Made by a program: the position numbers and the translations under genes. A stretch of 64,000 bases of DNA from an uncultured Armatimonadetes bacterium (lineage in GTDB: Bacteria > Armatimonadota > UBA5829 > DTJY01), in NCBI GenBank assembly GCA_963717145.1, contig OY970325.1, positions 928,001 through 992,000 on the forward strand, given 5' to 3'. Each line of letters begins with the position of its first letter. Positions within the stretch are counted from its first letter, which is position 1. Shown here piece by piece: positions 24,101-29,758 of this stretch. The notes beneath the pieces were generated by a model. It saw only the letters and a program-made list of their open reading frames with translations. It searched no databases and was not told the DNA's origin.

Positions 24101-27100
24101 GGGCTTGCGCCGTCGGCCTCGTACAATGGGAGTCTCACTTCCGTGCTGCCCGCCTCTACGCCGGGCACATACTATGCCATCGTCCGCACGGATATCCGCA
24201 ACAACGTCCGGGAGTCGGACGTAACGAACAACACGGGCGTCTCGGCAAGCGCTATGACGGTCGATGTCCAGGAACTGACCCTCGGCGTGCCTGCAACGGG
24301 CCAACTCAGCACCGGCACGGAGCGCTACTATAAGGTGAACGCCGACGGCCAGTCTGACTTGCTTATCCATCTGGACACGGCTGATGACACGGCGGTGACT
24401 GCTCTGCTTGCGAGATACGATATACCGCCTACCAGCGGTCTGTATGACGTGGCTACACAGGATATCTTTGCCGCCGATCACGATCTGATTATACCTGTGG
24501 CCCAATCTGGAGTCTGGTACTTGCTCGTTCGCGGGGTCGTGCTGCCACTCGGAGTGACCGACTACACCATCGTGGCGACACGGATTTCCCTAGGCATCAC
24601 AAGCATTGCTCCAAATCGTGGCGGCAACGCTGGCAGGGTTACTGTTAGACTCACTGGCAACCATCTCGAAGATGGAATGCAGGCCAGTCTCCGTGGGGCG
24701 AATGGTTCCGTTGTGAACGCTCTGTCTGTGCTGGTTACACACGCAAATCGCGCCTATGCCACATTTGACCTGGCGGGAGTCACACCAGGTGACTATCATC
24801 TTGTAATGTTGCAGGGCGATATAGAGTGTATTGCAGATGATGTCTTTCAAGTTCAGGATGGTGGTGCACCGGAGTTCTTCATACAGGCTGATTCCGCCAT
24901 CCAGGTCAGATCTGGCAGGCCGATAATCGCGCAGCTCCGATATGGCAACTTCGGCAGCGTGGACGTGTCAGTGCCGTTACTTACAGTCAGTGCCACGGAG
25001 AACACATTGCTGTCGCTCAGTCCAGCACGGCGCGGGCAGAGCCATTTGACCTTGCTCGGACTCTCAACGGATGGGCCAGCATCTGTTCTGCGGCCAGGGC
25101 AAACTTGTACACTTTGGCTGTACGCCACGCCGTCCATATCGAGCGGGTTAGTCCGGTTCACCGCAACTGCGGCATCGCGGGAACAACTGGTTAGCGTCCC
25201 CATTGATTGGCAGGTGCTTCAGAGCACCATGCCCCAAGTGATGACTGACGATCCCGCATGGATGGACATTTGGGGAGCATTCAAGGAGGAAATGGGTAAC
25301 CAATGGGATACCGTGCTGGCAAGCGCTCTTGCCGAAGCGGATACCTGCAGCGGAACCGAGGATGTTCTGGCGCTCATGGACATCCGTGATTTCTGGACTT
25401 CGCTGCTGCTCCGTATTGCTGGAGATGTAGGCGTAGTAGGTTCCGACAGCTTTGGCGCATCAGTCAAAGGCCGTGAGGATATGCTCTTCAATTCGACTTC
25501 CGGAGATGAGAGCGACCAATTACTGATGACCGTGCAGACGCCTGAGAATGGTACCGCGTACAATCAGTTTGAACGCGTGGCACAACAAACGCAGCTCTAC
25601 TACTGGGAGCCGGGCATGCCCAAAGCCGTTGCGGTTCTGGACCTGGGGCCTCAGATCGGCCTGCCCGGATCTGCCTGGCAGCCCATGGTGATTCTGCCCC
25701 AGGACAAACTGAACAAGCTCAGAGATCCATCAACAACTGTGGTGAAAGTTGGTCACGGGTGGAACGATGGTTTCGACCCGAACAATCTCAGCAGTTGGCA
25801 GAATAGCTTCGTGCGCGACAGTGTAGTACAAGGGGATGCTTATCTGATCAAAGATGCCAACAAGGCGTATGACCCGCTCCCGGGTAGCAATAGGGATGTG
25901 AGATTCGCGGGGGTAGCTACGCGATTCGTCGGCGAGCATATCGCTACCGTCATCAACCAACTTGGCATTGATCCCCAGCGCCTAGTCGGGGTCGACCACA
26001 GCTACAGTTGTCCCGAAGATGCAGTGACAGCAAAGAAGCTTTATGAGTTGACTGGTCACGCCGTGAAGGCGCAGTTACTCCTCGACCCGGCCAAGATGTT
26101 GGCAACATGGAATTCCTCAAGCCATGAGTCACCACTTCATGATGGCACCCAAACGGATTATGTGGAGCGAACACTCGTACTCGTGTCGTCAATGTACGGG
26201 GCTAGTCCATTCGAGGCAATGGGGGTTCCTCGGTTTTGGATGTCCCATCCCTATGATCTGAACAAGATTGATGCATACTTCATAGACCCCAGGTATTTCC
26301 CCCTTGATCCAAAGGCACATCATGACGCACTAGACTTCGCTCACGACCTAGGGGTCAAAGGCCTCCTCGAAGGTTTCCTGACGCGGGATATATCTTCATC
26401 AATGGAAAACATGTATGTGCTTTGGGATGGAACCATCATGAACAGCAGTGAGTATGCGTATTATCAGGATCCGGAAAAGGATTGGTGGCTGTCTGATCAG
26501 CCCCAGTGGCTCCTGAGTTCAGAAAACTATTGGGAGATGGCCTATCTTGAAGATGCTCTCGGCGAAGCCGGTTCAGGCAGCGGCATCCCCGGTTTCGACT
26601 ACGTTGCGTGGGTAGCCTCTGTTCTGGGTTCGCGTGATCCTAACGATAAGGTTGGGCCGGCCGGCTTTGGCCTACGCAGCTTTGTGGCCATGACACAACC
26701 GATCCCGTACACCATCAACTTCGAGAATGTCTCAATGGCCAGCGCCCCGGCGCACACGATCCGCGTCACCGACCAACTTGACCCGAACCTGGACATGCGC
26801 ACATTCCGGCTCGGGGAGATCGTATTCGGCGATCACACCATCACTGTGCCGGCGAACAGGAGCTATTACCAGACCAGAATTGACTTGGGGACGGAGCACA
26901 GCGGCATCATGGCTGACATCAGCGCCGGGCTGGACGTGGCCAATAACCGCGTGTTCTGGACGCTCAATGCTATCGATCCGAAGACCGGCGAATCGCCCGA
27001 GAATCCGCTGCTCGGCCTGCTTCCTCCGAACGACGAGAACCACATCGGCGAGGGGCACGTGACGTACACAATCAAGCCGAAGAATGCCCTCGCCACAGGT

Positions 27101-28375
27101 ACGGGCGTATCGAACAAGGCAACGATCATCTTCGATAACAACGAGCCGATAGACACCAACACCGTCACCAACACGATTGACGGAGCGGCTCCGACGAGCG
27201 CTGTCAGCTCCTTGCCGAGCATGACCCTCGATAAGACGTTCGCCGTTTCTTGGACCGGGCAGGACGACCAGGCCGGCTCCGGTCTCAAGGACTTCGACGT
27301 CTACGTGCGTGACGACGAGGGCGCATGGACTCAGTGGCAGGCTGGGGTGACTTACACTATCGCCGCCTTCACCGGTCAGGCCGGTCACACATATGCGTTC
27401 TACAGCACTGCGTGGGACAACGCGGGCAACGTCGAAACCGCTCCGGAGGAACCGGACGCCGTCATAACGGTGATCGGCGCGCCGTCGGATCCCAATCCGT
27501 CCGACGGTGCGATTAGCATTCCCGTCAGCGCATCTCTATCCTGGACGCCGGGGCATGGAGCCGCCAGTCACGACCTGTACTTCTGGCAGGATGGCTTGCC
27601 GAAGCCCGCTGTGCCAACCGCCGCGGACCTGCTCTCGAATACGTTAACACCGCCGAGCACGCTGCAGTACGGCACCAGGTACTGGTGGCAGGTGATCGCA
27701 AAGAGCCCCCAGGGTAGTATTCCTGGCTCTGACTGGTCGTTCACGACCGTACAGACTACGAATCCGTCGGACACTAAGAAGGGCGGGAATGGCGACCAGG
27801 TCGACGTACATGGGGCTATCGTCACCGCCGTATTCGGCGACCACATCTATGTGGAATCCATCGACCGCTCCAGTGGCATCCGAGTGGCTTGGACTGGATC
27901 CGTGAACGTGGGTGACCGCGTGGATATCTCCGGTACGCTCGGCACGACCTTGGAGTTCGAGCGATACATTCAGGCGACGAGCGTCGCAAACATATGCTAC
28001 GGCGTCATTGAGTCGGTCATGATGACCAATAGGGCGCTCGGCGGTGAGGATTTCGAGTACGATGCGGTGGCCGGTACTGGTCAGCGTGGCGTCGAGGACG
28101 GCAATGGGCCAAACAATATCGGCCTTCTAGTCACCACGACGGGACGGGTTACGGCTGTCGGGAAGGACTTCTTCTACATCGATGACGGGACGCACGCGCG
28201 AGATGCCTCGATCTTCAATGGTGTGCGCGTCCGATCCGGCAGCCTGTCCAGACCGACTTCCGGGCAGTACGTCAAGCTCACGGGAATCAGCTCAATCATG
28301 AAGGTCAATGGACGGCTGTTCCGCAGCATCCGGCCGAGAACTCAGACAGACATCGAAGTGATAGTCGAGCCGTGA
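9104..28375 (+). CDS. 6,423-aa secreted multidomain surface protein (beta-helix, Ig-like/Big_5, Gly-rich repeats, FN3, CARDB, lipase-like domain, DPNDK domain, C-terminal tandem OB-like domain)
   Basis: Uninterrupted ORF with signal peptide MARRLLCIATVLVLATFAPVSLPA. Recognisable modules: TIYVDD..GSSWEDA, APTVTSTAPANGA, WTTDEPATSQVEYG, PDLQV..W.D.VYLS, SRDPNDKVGPAG. Confidence 0.93.
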   Translation: MARRLLCIATVLVLATFAPVSLPAATIYVDDGATGAGNGSSWEDALTTIQAAINTASAADTVVVAAGLYTENINFNGKAITLTSTDPLDPATVAATIIDGNQSGSVVTFDSDETSTSALTGFTIRNGSGTLVNETRYGGGVYCAVGCTPTIRHNSITGNSADIGGAIYTRGNSAPTITSGPTAAYPYVGVGKTVGLSVTASDPNGDHLVYTWTSGDSGTITGTGNAVLFSAATAGVHSIDVTVDDPHGGMVTGTLSVTVIGIRIQTPLPQLVAGQPSTLTAITTPSVPNSPEYPVAISWSIIEGPAAGSFGTPAAAETTFVPSTSGPGRMQVEYRVGTATTAQVLPIALDPIVLCVEPAFGTLGTTVEAAISGPNLGRITGVSFTGTGVTAMIQDGQTEDLLPVRITITQNADPGSRSIVLTTPEAQFNIPAAFGIRTPPPITADPASLNLVVGNTGTITFSIPDPAPTGGTNLVLSSSAPIVASVPASAMIPAGQTSVDITVTGIGYGTTTITGNATGYYKAQVPVVVINPPMIAFSPSPFSVAAGLVGKCTISVSNPAPAGGLPVNLSADATEVEIPAVLTIAEGKANAILSVKGIVQGSTTITATASGYPDASLQVTVTPGQLNLFPSYLPIALGCSSSLQLTLPDFAPPGGLTVNLASSAVSHVVVPATVTIQEGERSTFVPVNGVGVGGADITAGLTSFEGAQATVNVLEAYNISFIPSSLFVTPGASSATQVTASSPAPQGGLLVALISQSPDKVSVPESAFIPEGQFMAVIEVNGLETTTSPVQVTASCPGLTEGRLDVTVHPIYQPWIKTDVVVGAGCRTTGAVGLTGATAPAGGYTINLTSNDPTIATVPATVTIPAGSSWTSFTIVGKSAGSTDIMASVAGFSATSAVTVAKPTFEWISVPTQMTLGAGTNAQVYTCVPNGTYYGDYYGTPYKWGNTRQNIDQAVAVSLSSENPAVVQVPAAATIPAGGYSTGNLAMQAVGTGTSTLTASADGWDSKTTGTITVVGPWIKTDVVVGAGCRTTGAVGLTGATAPAGGYTINLTSNDPTIATVPATVTIPAGSSWTSFTIVGKSAGSTDIMASVAGFSATSAVTVAKPTFEWISVPTQMTLGAGTNAQVYTCVPNGTYYGDYYGTPYKWGNTRQNIDQAVAVSLSSENPAVVQVPAAATIPAGGYSTGNLAMQAVGTGTSTLTASADGWDSKTTGTITVVGPWIKTDVVVGAGCRTTGAVGLTGATAPAGGYTINLTSNDPTIATVPATVTIPAGSSWTSFTIVGKSAGSTDIMASVAGFSATSAVTVAKPTFEWISVPTQMTLGAGTNAQVYTCVPNGTYYGDYYGTPYKWGNTRQNIDQAVAVSLSSENPAVVQVPAAATIPAGGYSTGNLAMQAVGTGTSTLTASADGWDSKTTGTITVVGPWIKTDVVVGAGCRTTGAVGLTGATAPAGGYTINLTSNDPTIATVPATVTIPAGSSWTSFTIVGKSAGSTDIMASVAGFSATSAVTVAKPTFEWISVPTQMTLGAGTNAQVYTCVPNGTYYGDYYGTPYKWGNTRQNIDQAVAVSLSSENPAVVQVPAAATIPAGGYSTGNLAMQAVGTGTSTLTASADGWDSKTTGTITVVGPWIKTDVVVGAGCRTTGAVGLTGATAPAGGYTINLTSNDPTIATVPATVTIPAGSSWTSFTIVGKSAGSTDIMASVAGFSATSAVTVAKPTFEWISVPTQMTLGAGTNAQVYTCVPNGTYYGDYYGTPYKWGNTRQNIDQAVAVSLSSENPAVVQVPAAATIPASGYSTGNLAMQAVGTGTSTLTASADGWDSKTTGTIAVVGGSGNNGGSRLADLTAWDSAQGRAHLRQRSSMMEQRNASSPQTLSGVGTPFLALSLMSVIGATGVGSVGEGGSTPQPVIEYNIISGNTAGFGGGIACCNSSPIIRDNILVGNSATGEFGGGAIAVLADSGPRLRGNTVCSNNATSGNGGGIYAETAGLSVKNSILWQNEDDLWNCAPTYSCVTDLSADPGTGNISVDPAFTQTTDPGTPGYYRLVSGSPCVNAGDPAYVPDTGETDVDGGLRVVGGRVDMGADETPDATVPDTQITSGPAEGSTACAGPVSVTWTGRDDVTPAGLLEYSWRVDSGDWSVWSTATSEALTLADGQHTFEVKARDSSGNEDASPASRTFTLDTVAPTVTSTAPANGATGLPVSLVITATFSEAMDPATISTDTFLLTDSAADPVAGTVGHDAESKTATFTPAAALTYDTSYRATLTTGIMDVAGNALVSAYTWAFTTGAPGRIVLVNDEWVLADAGFSEPNDPCAFALNAAGWFTGGSPGTFLVYSNDQGLIGSSLASCMRNAGHTWTVSTSATLDLPTLHTYDAVFLGGVLADNTVLTDYVNSGGNVYLLGGSGGSGSWGPSQEAAAWNPFLADFGLRLADDGWNSISGSIPIASSHPIFAGVDHLYQGVGQTIFDISPSDPHSRVLIAVPEGEGGLYAVFDGRLDAAPPTVTSTTPANGATGAPVDGTVAVAFDEAMDHSTINAVTFLLKDSGDNPVSGTVTYEDASKTATFTPATPLGYRTTYSATITAGVKDFYGNAMATDYTWSFSTARERVVFTTNTLIGCTNSSYDGKDIVVDGCTLTVNCSHAFNSLQVINGGVVTHSVYTAGQEYKLDLTIAQDVTVDTGGSISANGKGYGQETGPGKGGSNFFNGAGGGYGGAGGDSNLAAGGAAYGSVTEPTDLGSGGGRETYFSSAGGAGGGAIRLMVNGTLTVNGSLTANGTVGGTAYPDRASGGGSGGSVYLTVGVLAGSGAISASGGNSGGVSAGGGGGGRIAVYYEDKTGYAGTITAVGGSGYVRGGAGTIYVKGSDQSLGDLLVDNGGNTGANTPVAGSAAFDKVDVANQARLVVSSSVLLSAGTLVVRDSGQISVSDNGDVDFPQTFISSGGVFNLNKTEILGNVHIMSGGVLTHQAGMVGFDLTVTGDLVIDTGGSISANGKGYGQETGPGKGGSNFFNGAGGGYGGAGGDSNLAAGGAAYGSVTEPTDLGSGGGRETYFSSAGGAGGGAIRLMVNGTLTVNGSLTANGTVGGTAYPDRASGGGSGGSVYLTVGVLAGSGAISASGGNSGGVSAGGGGGGRIAVYYEDKTGYAGTITAVGGSGYVRGGAGTIYVKGSDQSLGDLLVDNGGNTGANTPVAGSAAFDKVDVANQARLVVSSSVLLSAGTLVVRDSGQISVSDNGDVDFPQTFISSGGVFNLNKTEILGNVHIMSGGVLTHQAGMVGFDLTVTGDLVIDTGGSISANGKGYGQETGPGKGGSNFFNGAGGGYGGAGGDSNLAAGGAAYGSVTEPTDLGSGGGRETYFSSAGGAGGGAIRLMVNGTLTVNGSLTANGTVGGTAYPDRASGGGSGGSVYLTVGVLAGSGAISASGGNSGGVSAGGGGGGRIAVYYEDKTGYAGSVTVLGGSGYQSGQPGSVFLYKSGALRLLSHVPQGCMGEPVDRVDVQFNKDVDGTTFGVGEVSLTAPNGSPIPLVSVPQSAGGNVWRISFNPQTTEGEYHVSIGPHLADLVGHQMDQDADAFEGESPDDVYQGAFRVDLVPPAISNLSAAAALQQCLITWSTNEPATSQVDYGPDDGYGASTPVATELATSHGVTVSGLSPNTDYYYRVKSVDACGRQAELAGGAFTTVADTTPPNTQIASGPTEGTMACASPISVTWTGTDDVTPTGLLEYSWRIDAGDWSAWSTVASEALTLTDGQHTFEVKARDTSGNEDSTPSVRHFSLDTQAPALSQFATAPAAASMTIIWTTDEPATSQVEYGTSVSYGTLTPLQSQLVTSHSVTMTGLTPATTYHYRIRSKDSCGHEAFSAEDLTFDTTADTTSPDTSIASGPSENGTACALPVAVAWTGTDDTTPVGQLQYSYSLDGAGWSDWSSAISQSFGALTDGSHTFRVNGRDLYGNEDATPAVRHFSVDTTPPTISGVLATPAAGQCAVKWTTDEPATSQVEYGETDRYGSVTSLDVRLLTSHSVMVTGLSSETLYHYRAKSKDNCGHERVSDDGTFLTTPAPDLQVTSVIVPIEAWTGSAFDVTWSVVNNGPGPAEGTWADKVYLSTDAQVGNDILLGEFSYGAGLATGQTVTRTQTVTIGRQGVTDGDYYIIVCTDANGGVFEGTHEDNNCLADETVIGVHVTPWPDLQVDLVEAPTNAQSGQIIGVSWRICNNGTGATDAPSWYERVYLSPDTDKSHAIKDYGQFVNGSYLAPGECYTETRDLTLPAGISGTYYFIVDSDCSRQVAETVESNNVGHSTPIDVTYVQPGFLHVESVIVSPAPPITVWAGEQVTVTWKVTNTGGSPIAGKWDDVVALSPTPNWDGTHGYWGVIHHIYFTGPLAVAASYTHTASFTVPQNIAAGTWYVVPIVDTHYFAGGDGSIGGGNVPRDQNNASIEVALPPPADLEVSAVDAPTAGTAGQPITITWMTANNGANRTSAPSWSDAVYLSTDTTLDKSSDRLIGTFGHSGALDTGGSYSQTQSPTIPSDVPGACYLFVCADSGNIVYEGPWEDNNCGYDQTPVQVQVVPPPPPPDLQVTMLSVPSTGTAGQPASISWTVQNAGVTDTGVASWSDAVYLSTDDTLSTSADTLLGTYSHTGALASEASYTQNQIVTLPHCVSGPYYIFVLTDRGSQVSEGTGEGNNSRRSDTSMDVAGGQYADLMPTWTVVPATANAGEPMAIAWNVSNAGTGTAPASWTDAVYLSADPLLDTKNDIRLGAFAHSSDLASGVSYAMSPSPTVPIGLTGSFYLIVMTDTDNAVRECAGEGDNTVVSTSAVQIGIATYPDLQVTAVNAPDTAICGQNMTVEWTVRNEGNAATPSGVWSDAVHLSKDQVLDTTDPKIVAFPRLNSLVAGETYTKSAQVQIPGGASGPYYVFVVTDSTNRVFEHTAENNNAGHDPTAMIVTMPPPADLVVEGVTVPATGSPGESAAISWVVTNNGTNAATGQWTDSVYLSADTAWDINDQLVGRMDHTGGLAPSASYNGSLTSVLPASTPGTYYAIVRTDIRNNVRESDVTNNTGVSASAMTVDVQELTLGVPATGQLSTGTERYYKVNADGQSDLLIHLDTADDTAVTALLARYDIPPTSGLYDVATQDIFAADHDLIIPVAQSGVWYLLVRGVVLPLGVTDYTIVATRISLGITSIAPNRGGNAGRVTVRLTGNHLEDGMQASLRGANGSVVNALSVLVTHANRAYATFDLAGVTPGDYHLVMLQGDIECIADDVFQVQDGGAPEFFIQADSAIQVRSGRPIIAQLRYGNFGSVDVSVPLLTVSATENTLLSLSPARRGQSHLTLLGLSTDGPASVLRPGQTCTLWLYATPSISSGLVRFTATAASREQLVSVPIDWQVLQSTMPQVMTDDPAWMDIWGAFKEEMGNQWDTVLASALAEADTCSGTEDVLALMDIRDFWTSLLLRIAGDVGVVGSDSFGASVKGREDMLFNSTSGDESDQLLMTVQTPENGTAYNQFERVAQQTQLYYWEPGMPKAVAVLDLGPQIGLPGSAWQPMVILPQDKLNKLRDPSTTVVKVGHGWNDGFDPNNLSSWQNSFVRDSVVQGDAYLIKDANKAYDPLPGSNRDVRFAGVATRFVGEHIATVINQLGIDPQRLVGVDHSYSCPEDAVTAKKLYELTGHAVKAQLLLDPAKMLATWNSSSHESPLHDGTQTDYVERTLVLVSSMYGASPFEAMGVPRFWMSHPYDLNKIDAYFIDPRYFPLDPKAHHDALDFAHDLGVKGLLEGFLTRDISSSMENMYVLWDGTIMNSSEYAYYQDPEKDWWLSDQPQWLLSSENYWEMAYLEDALGEAGSGSGIPGFDYVAWVASVLGSRDPNDKVGPAGFGLRSFVAMTQPIPYTINFENVSMASAPAHTIRVTDQLDPNLDMRTFRLGEIVFGDHTITVPANRSYYQTRIDLGTEHSGIMADISAGLDVANNRVFWTLNAIDPKTGESPENPLLGLLPPNDENHIGEGHVTYTIKPKNALATGTGVSNKATIIFDNNEPIDTNTVTNTIDGAAPTSAVSSLPSMTLDKTFAVSWTGQDDQAGSGLKDFDVYVRDDEGAWTQWQAGVTYTIAAFTGQAGHTYAFYSTAWDNAGNVETAPEEPDAVITVIGAPSDPNPSDGAISIPVSASLSWTPGHGAASHDLYFWQDGLPKPAVPTAADLLSNTLTPPSTLQYGTRYWWQVIAKSPQGSIPGSDWSFTTVQTTNPSDTKKGGNGDQVDVHGAIVTAVFGDHIYVESIDRSSGIRVAWTGSVNVGDRVDISGTLGTTLEFERYIQATSVANICYGVIESVMMTNRALGGEDFEYDAVAGTGQRGVEDGNGPNNIGLLVTTTGRVTAVGKDFFYIDDGTHARDASIFNGVRVRSGSLSRPTSGQYVKLTGISSIMKVNGRLFRSIRPRTQTDIEVIVEP
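11543..14571 (+). repeat. Five tandem 609-bp (203-aa) near-identical intragenic repeats
   Basis: Units start at 11543, 12152, 12761, 13370, 13979; the only difference noticed is G>A at 14471 (Gly>Ser). Confidence 0.95.
17117..19425 (+). repeat. About 2.5 tandem 912-bp (304-aa) Gly-rich intragenic repeats
   Basis: Units start at 17117, 18029, 18941; translations identical. Confidence 0.95.
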
Positions 28376-28454
28376 GTTACATGATTGACATTTGGCCCTC
28401 TCAAACGTCTACATAGTAGGGTCAGCCGCGCGGAACACGGCACAGGGGGGAAAG

Positions 28455-29105
28455 ATGTTGTCGAGAACAGTGATAGCAGCGGCGCTTGTCGCGTCGTGCC
28501 TGACGTTGCTGCTCGTCTCCGGGGCTTCGGCAGGTTGGCAGTGCAACTTCGAATCCGGGCTCGGGCAGAACGCCGTGCCGATTGCGGCTCGGATACCTGG
28601 ACTGTCGTTTAGCACGCTGCTGGGCGATGATGTCTACTTCGCCGATATCAACTCGGCTTGGTACAGCGTAACTTCAGACAACGGCAAGGTGTACGAGGAA
28701 GGGAACTACTTTGTCTCCGGTGACGTGGCAGCCTATCTGATGGACACGGCGGATTCAGCCAGGATATCGTTCCCTTATGGCACTGCAAGCTACTTCACAG
28801 TGGGATACTCAAGTGAGTTCCCGTTCGTCCTGGAGGCTTACGATACCTCCGGCAGCCAACTCGCATCTGCGACCGGGCCGGCGAACACGAGGAATGCGGG
28901 GGGCACGGGGCTACTCTACCTCACCGTCAGCCGTCCCGATATCTCCTATGTCCTCCTGCACGACCAGGGCGGCTACTGGATGATAGACAACATATCCACG
29001 GATGCCGCAATCCCCGAGCCATCATCGGTCCTGACACTTGTCTTCGGTCTCGCCGGCATCAGTGGGTCCGTGTGCAGACAAAAGCACAAGTCTCGAAACC
29101 AGTAG
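28455..29105 (+). CDS. PEP-CTERM sorting-domain protein
   Basis: Signal peptide MLSRTVIAAALVASCLTLLLVSGASA; C-terminal IPEPSS, hydrophobic helix and basic tail RQKHKSR. Confidence 0.85.
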   Translation: MLSRTVIAAALVASCLTLLLVSGASAGWQCNFESGLGQNAVPIAARIPGLSFSTLLGDDVYFADINSAWYSVTSDNGKVYEEGNYFVSGDVAAYLMDTADSARISFPYGTASYFTVGYSSEFPFVLEAYDTSGSQLASATGPANTRNAGGTGLLYLTVSRPDISYVLLHDQGGYWMIDNISTDAAIPEPSSVLTLVFGLAGISGSVCRQKHKSRNQ

Positions 29106-29438
29106 CGTCCCGCAGACAGGAGCTGTCAGGGATTCCTCCATGCGTGACTCGGCGGTATTAGAGACACGCATGGACCTGATCGTATTCCCCCTCCTCCGAT
29201 TCAGTCCCCGTTCCGGCGAAGCCTGCGGATGGCAACTGTGAGACCCCTGTAAGGCTCCCAACAGCCACATTGCAGGCACGGCTTCATGCCATCCAGCCCG
29301 GTAGGTACTTGTCTTCATCTGAGCATTGCGACAAGGCCGTTTCCTCTATCGCAATCGCCATGGCGTGCCAGCTATGAGGAGGTCGCATGCGGACTGAGAA
29401 TCTTGTATGCAGATAGAAACGGCGGGCGAGAAGGAATC

Positions 29439-29467
29439 TTGACGCAGACTCAAGATCGTGCTATCCT
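29439..29467 (+). promoter_or_regulatory. Sigma70-type promoter of the excisionase-integrase operon
   Basis: TTGACG-N17-TATCCT with TG extension. Confidence 0.6.
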
Positions 29468-29536
29468 GTCCCTAGTACAGACTGGCCGCCCACAAGGGGG
29501 TGAAGAGCCATTCCAGCGGAGGGGTGACAAGCAAAA

Positions 29537-29758
29537 ATGTCCATGACCATATCTGAGGCGGCGGAAGCCAAGGGGATCAGCCGGAACGCGGTCTGGCTGG
29601 CGATCAACCGGGACTTGCTCACGACGCGCAAGACCTCTGGGGGGTTGTGGCTGATCGAACAGGACGGGAAATGGGAGGCCTATCGCCCTAGACCCTATCC
29701 CAGGAGCGGCCGGGGCAGCAGTGCTAACATTGATGGCCAAGGGGGTGAACAGCCGTGA
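29537..29758 (+). CDS. Excisionase-like HTH protein (putative recombination directionality factor)
   Basis: MTISEAAEAKGISRNAVWLAI...WLI pattern; GTGA overlap with the integrase. Confidence 0.7.
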   Translation: MSMTISEAAEAKGISRNAVWLAINRDLLTTRKTSGGLWLIEQDGKWEAYRPRPYPRSGRGSSANIDGQGGEQP

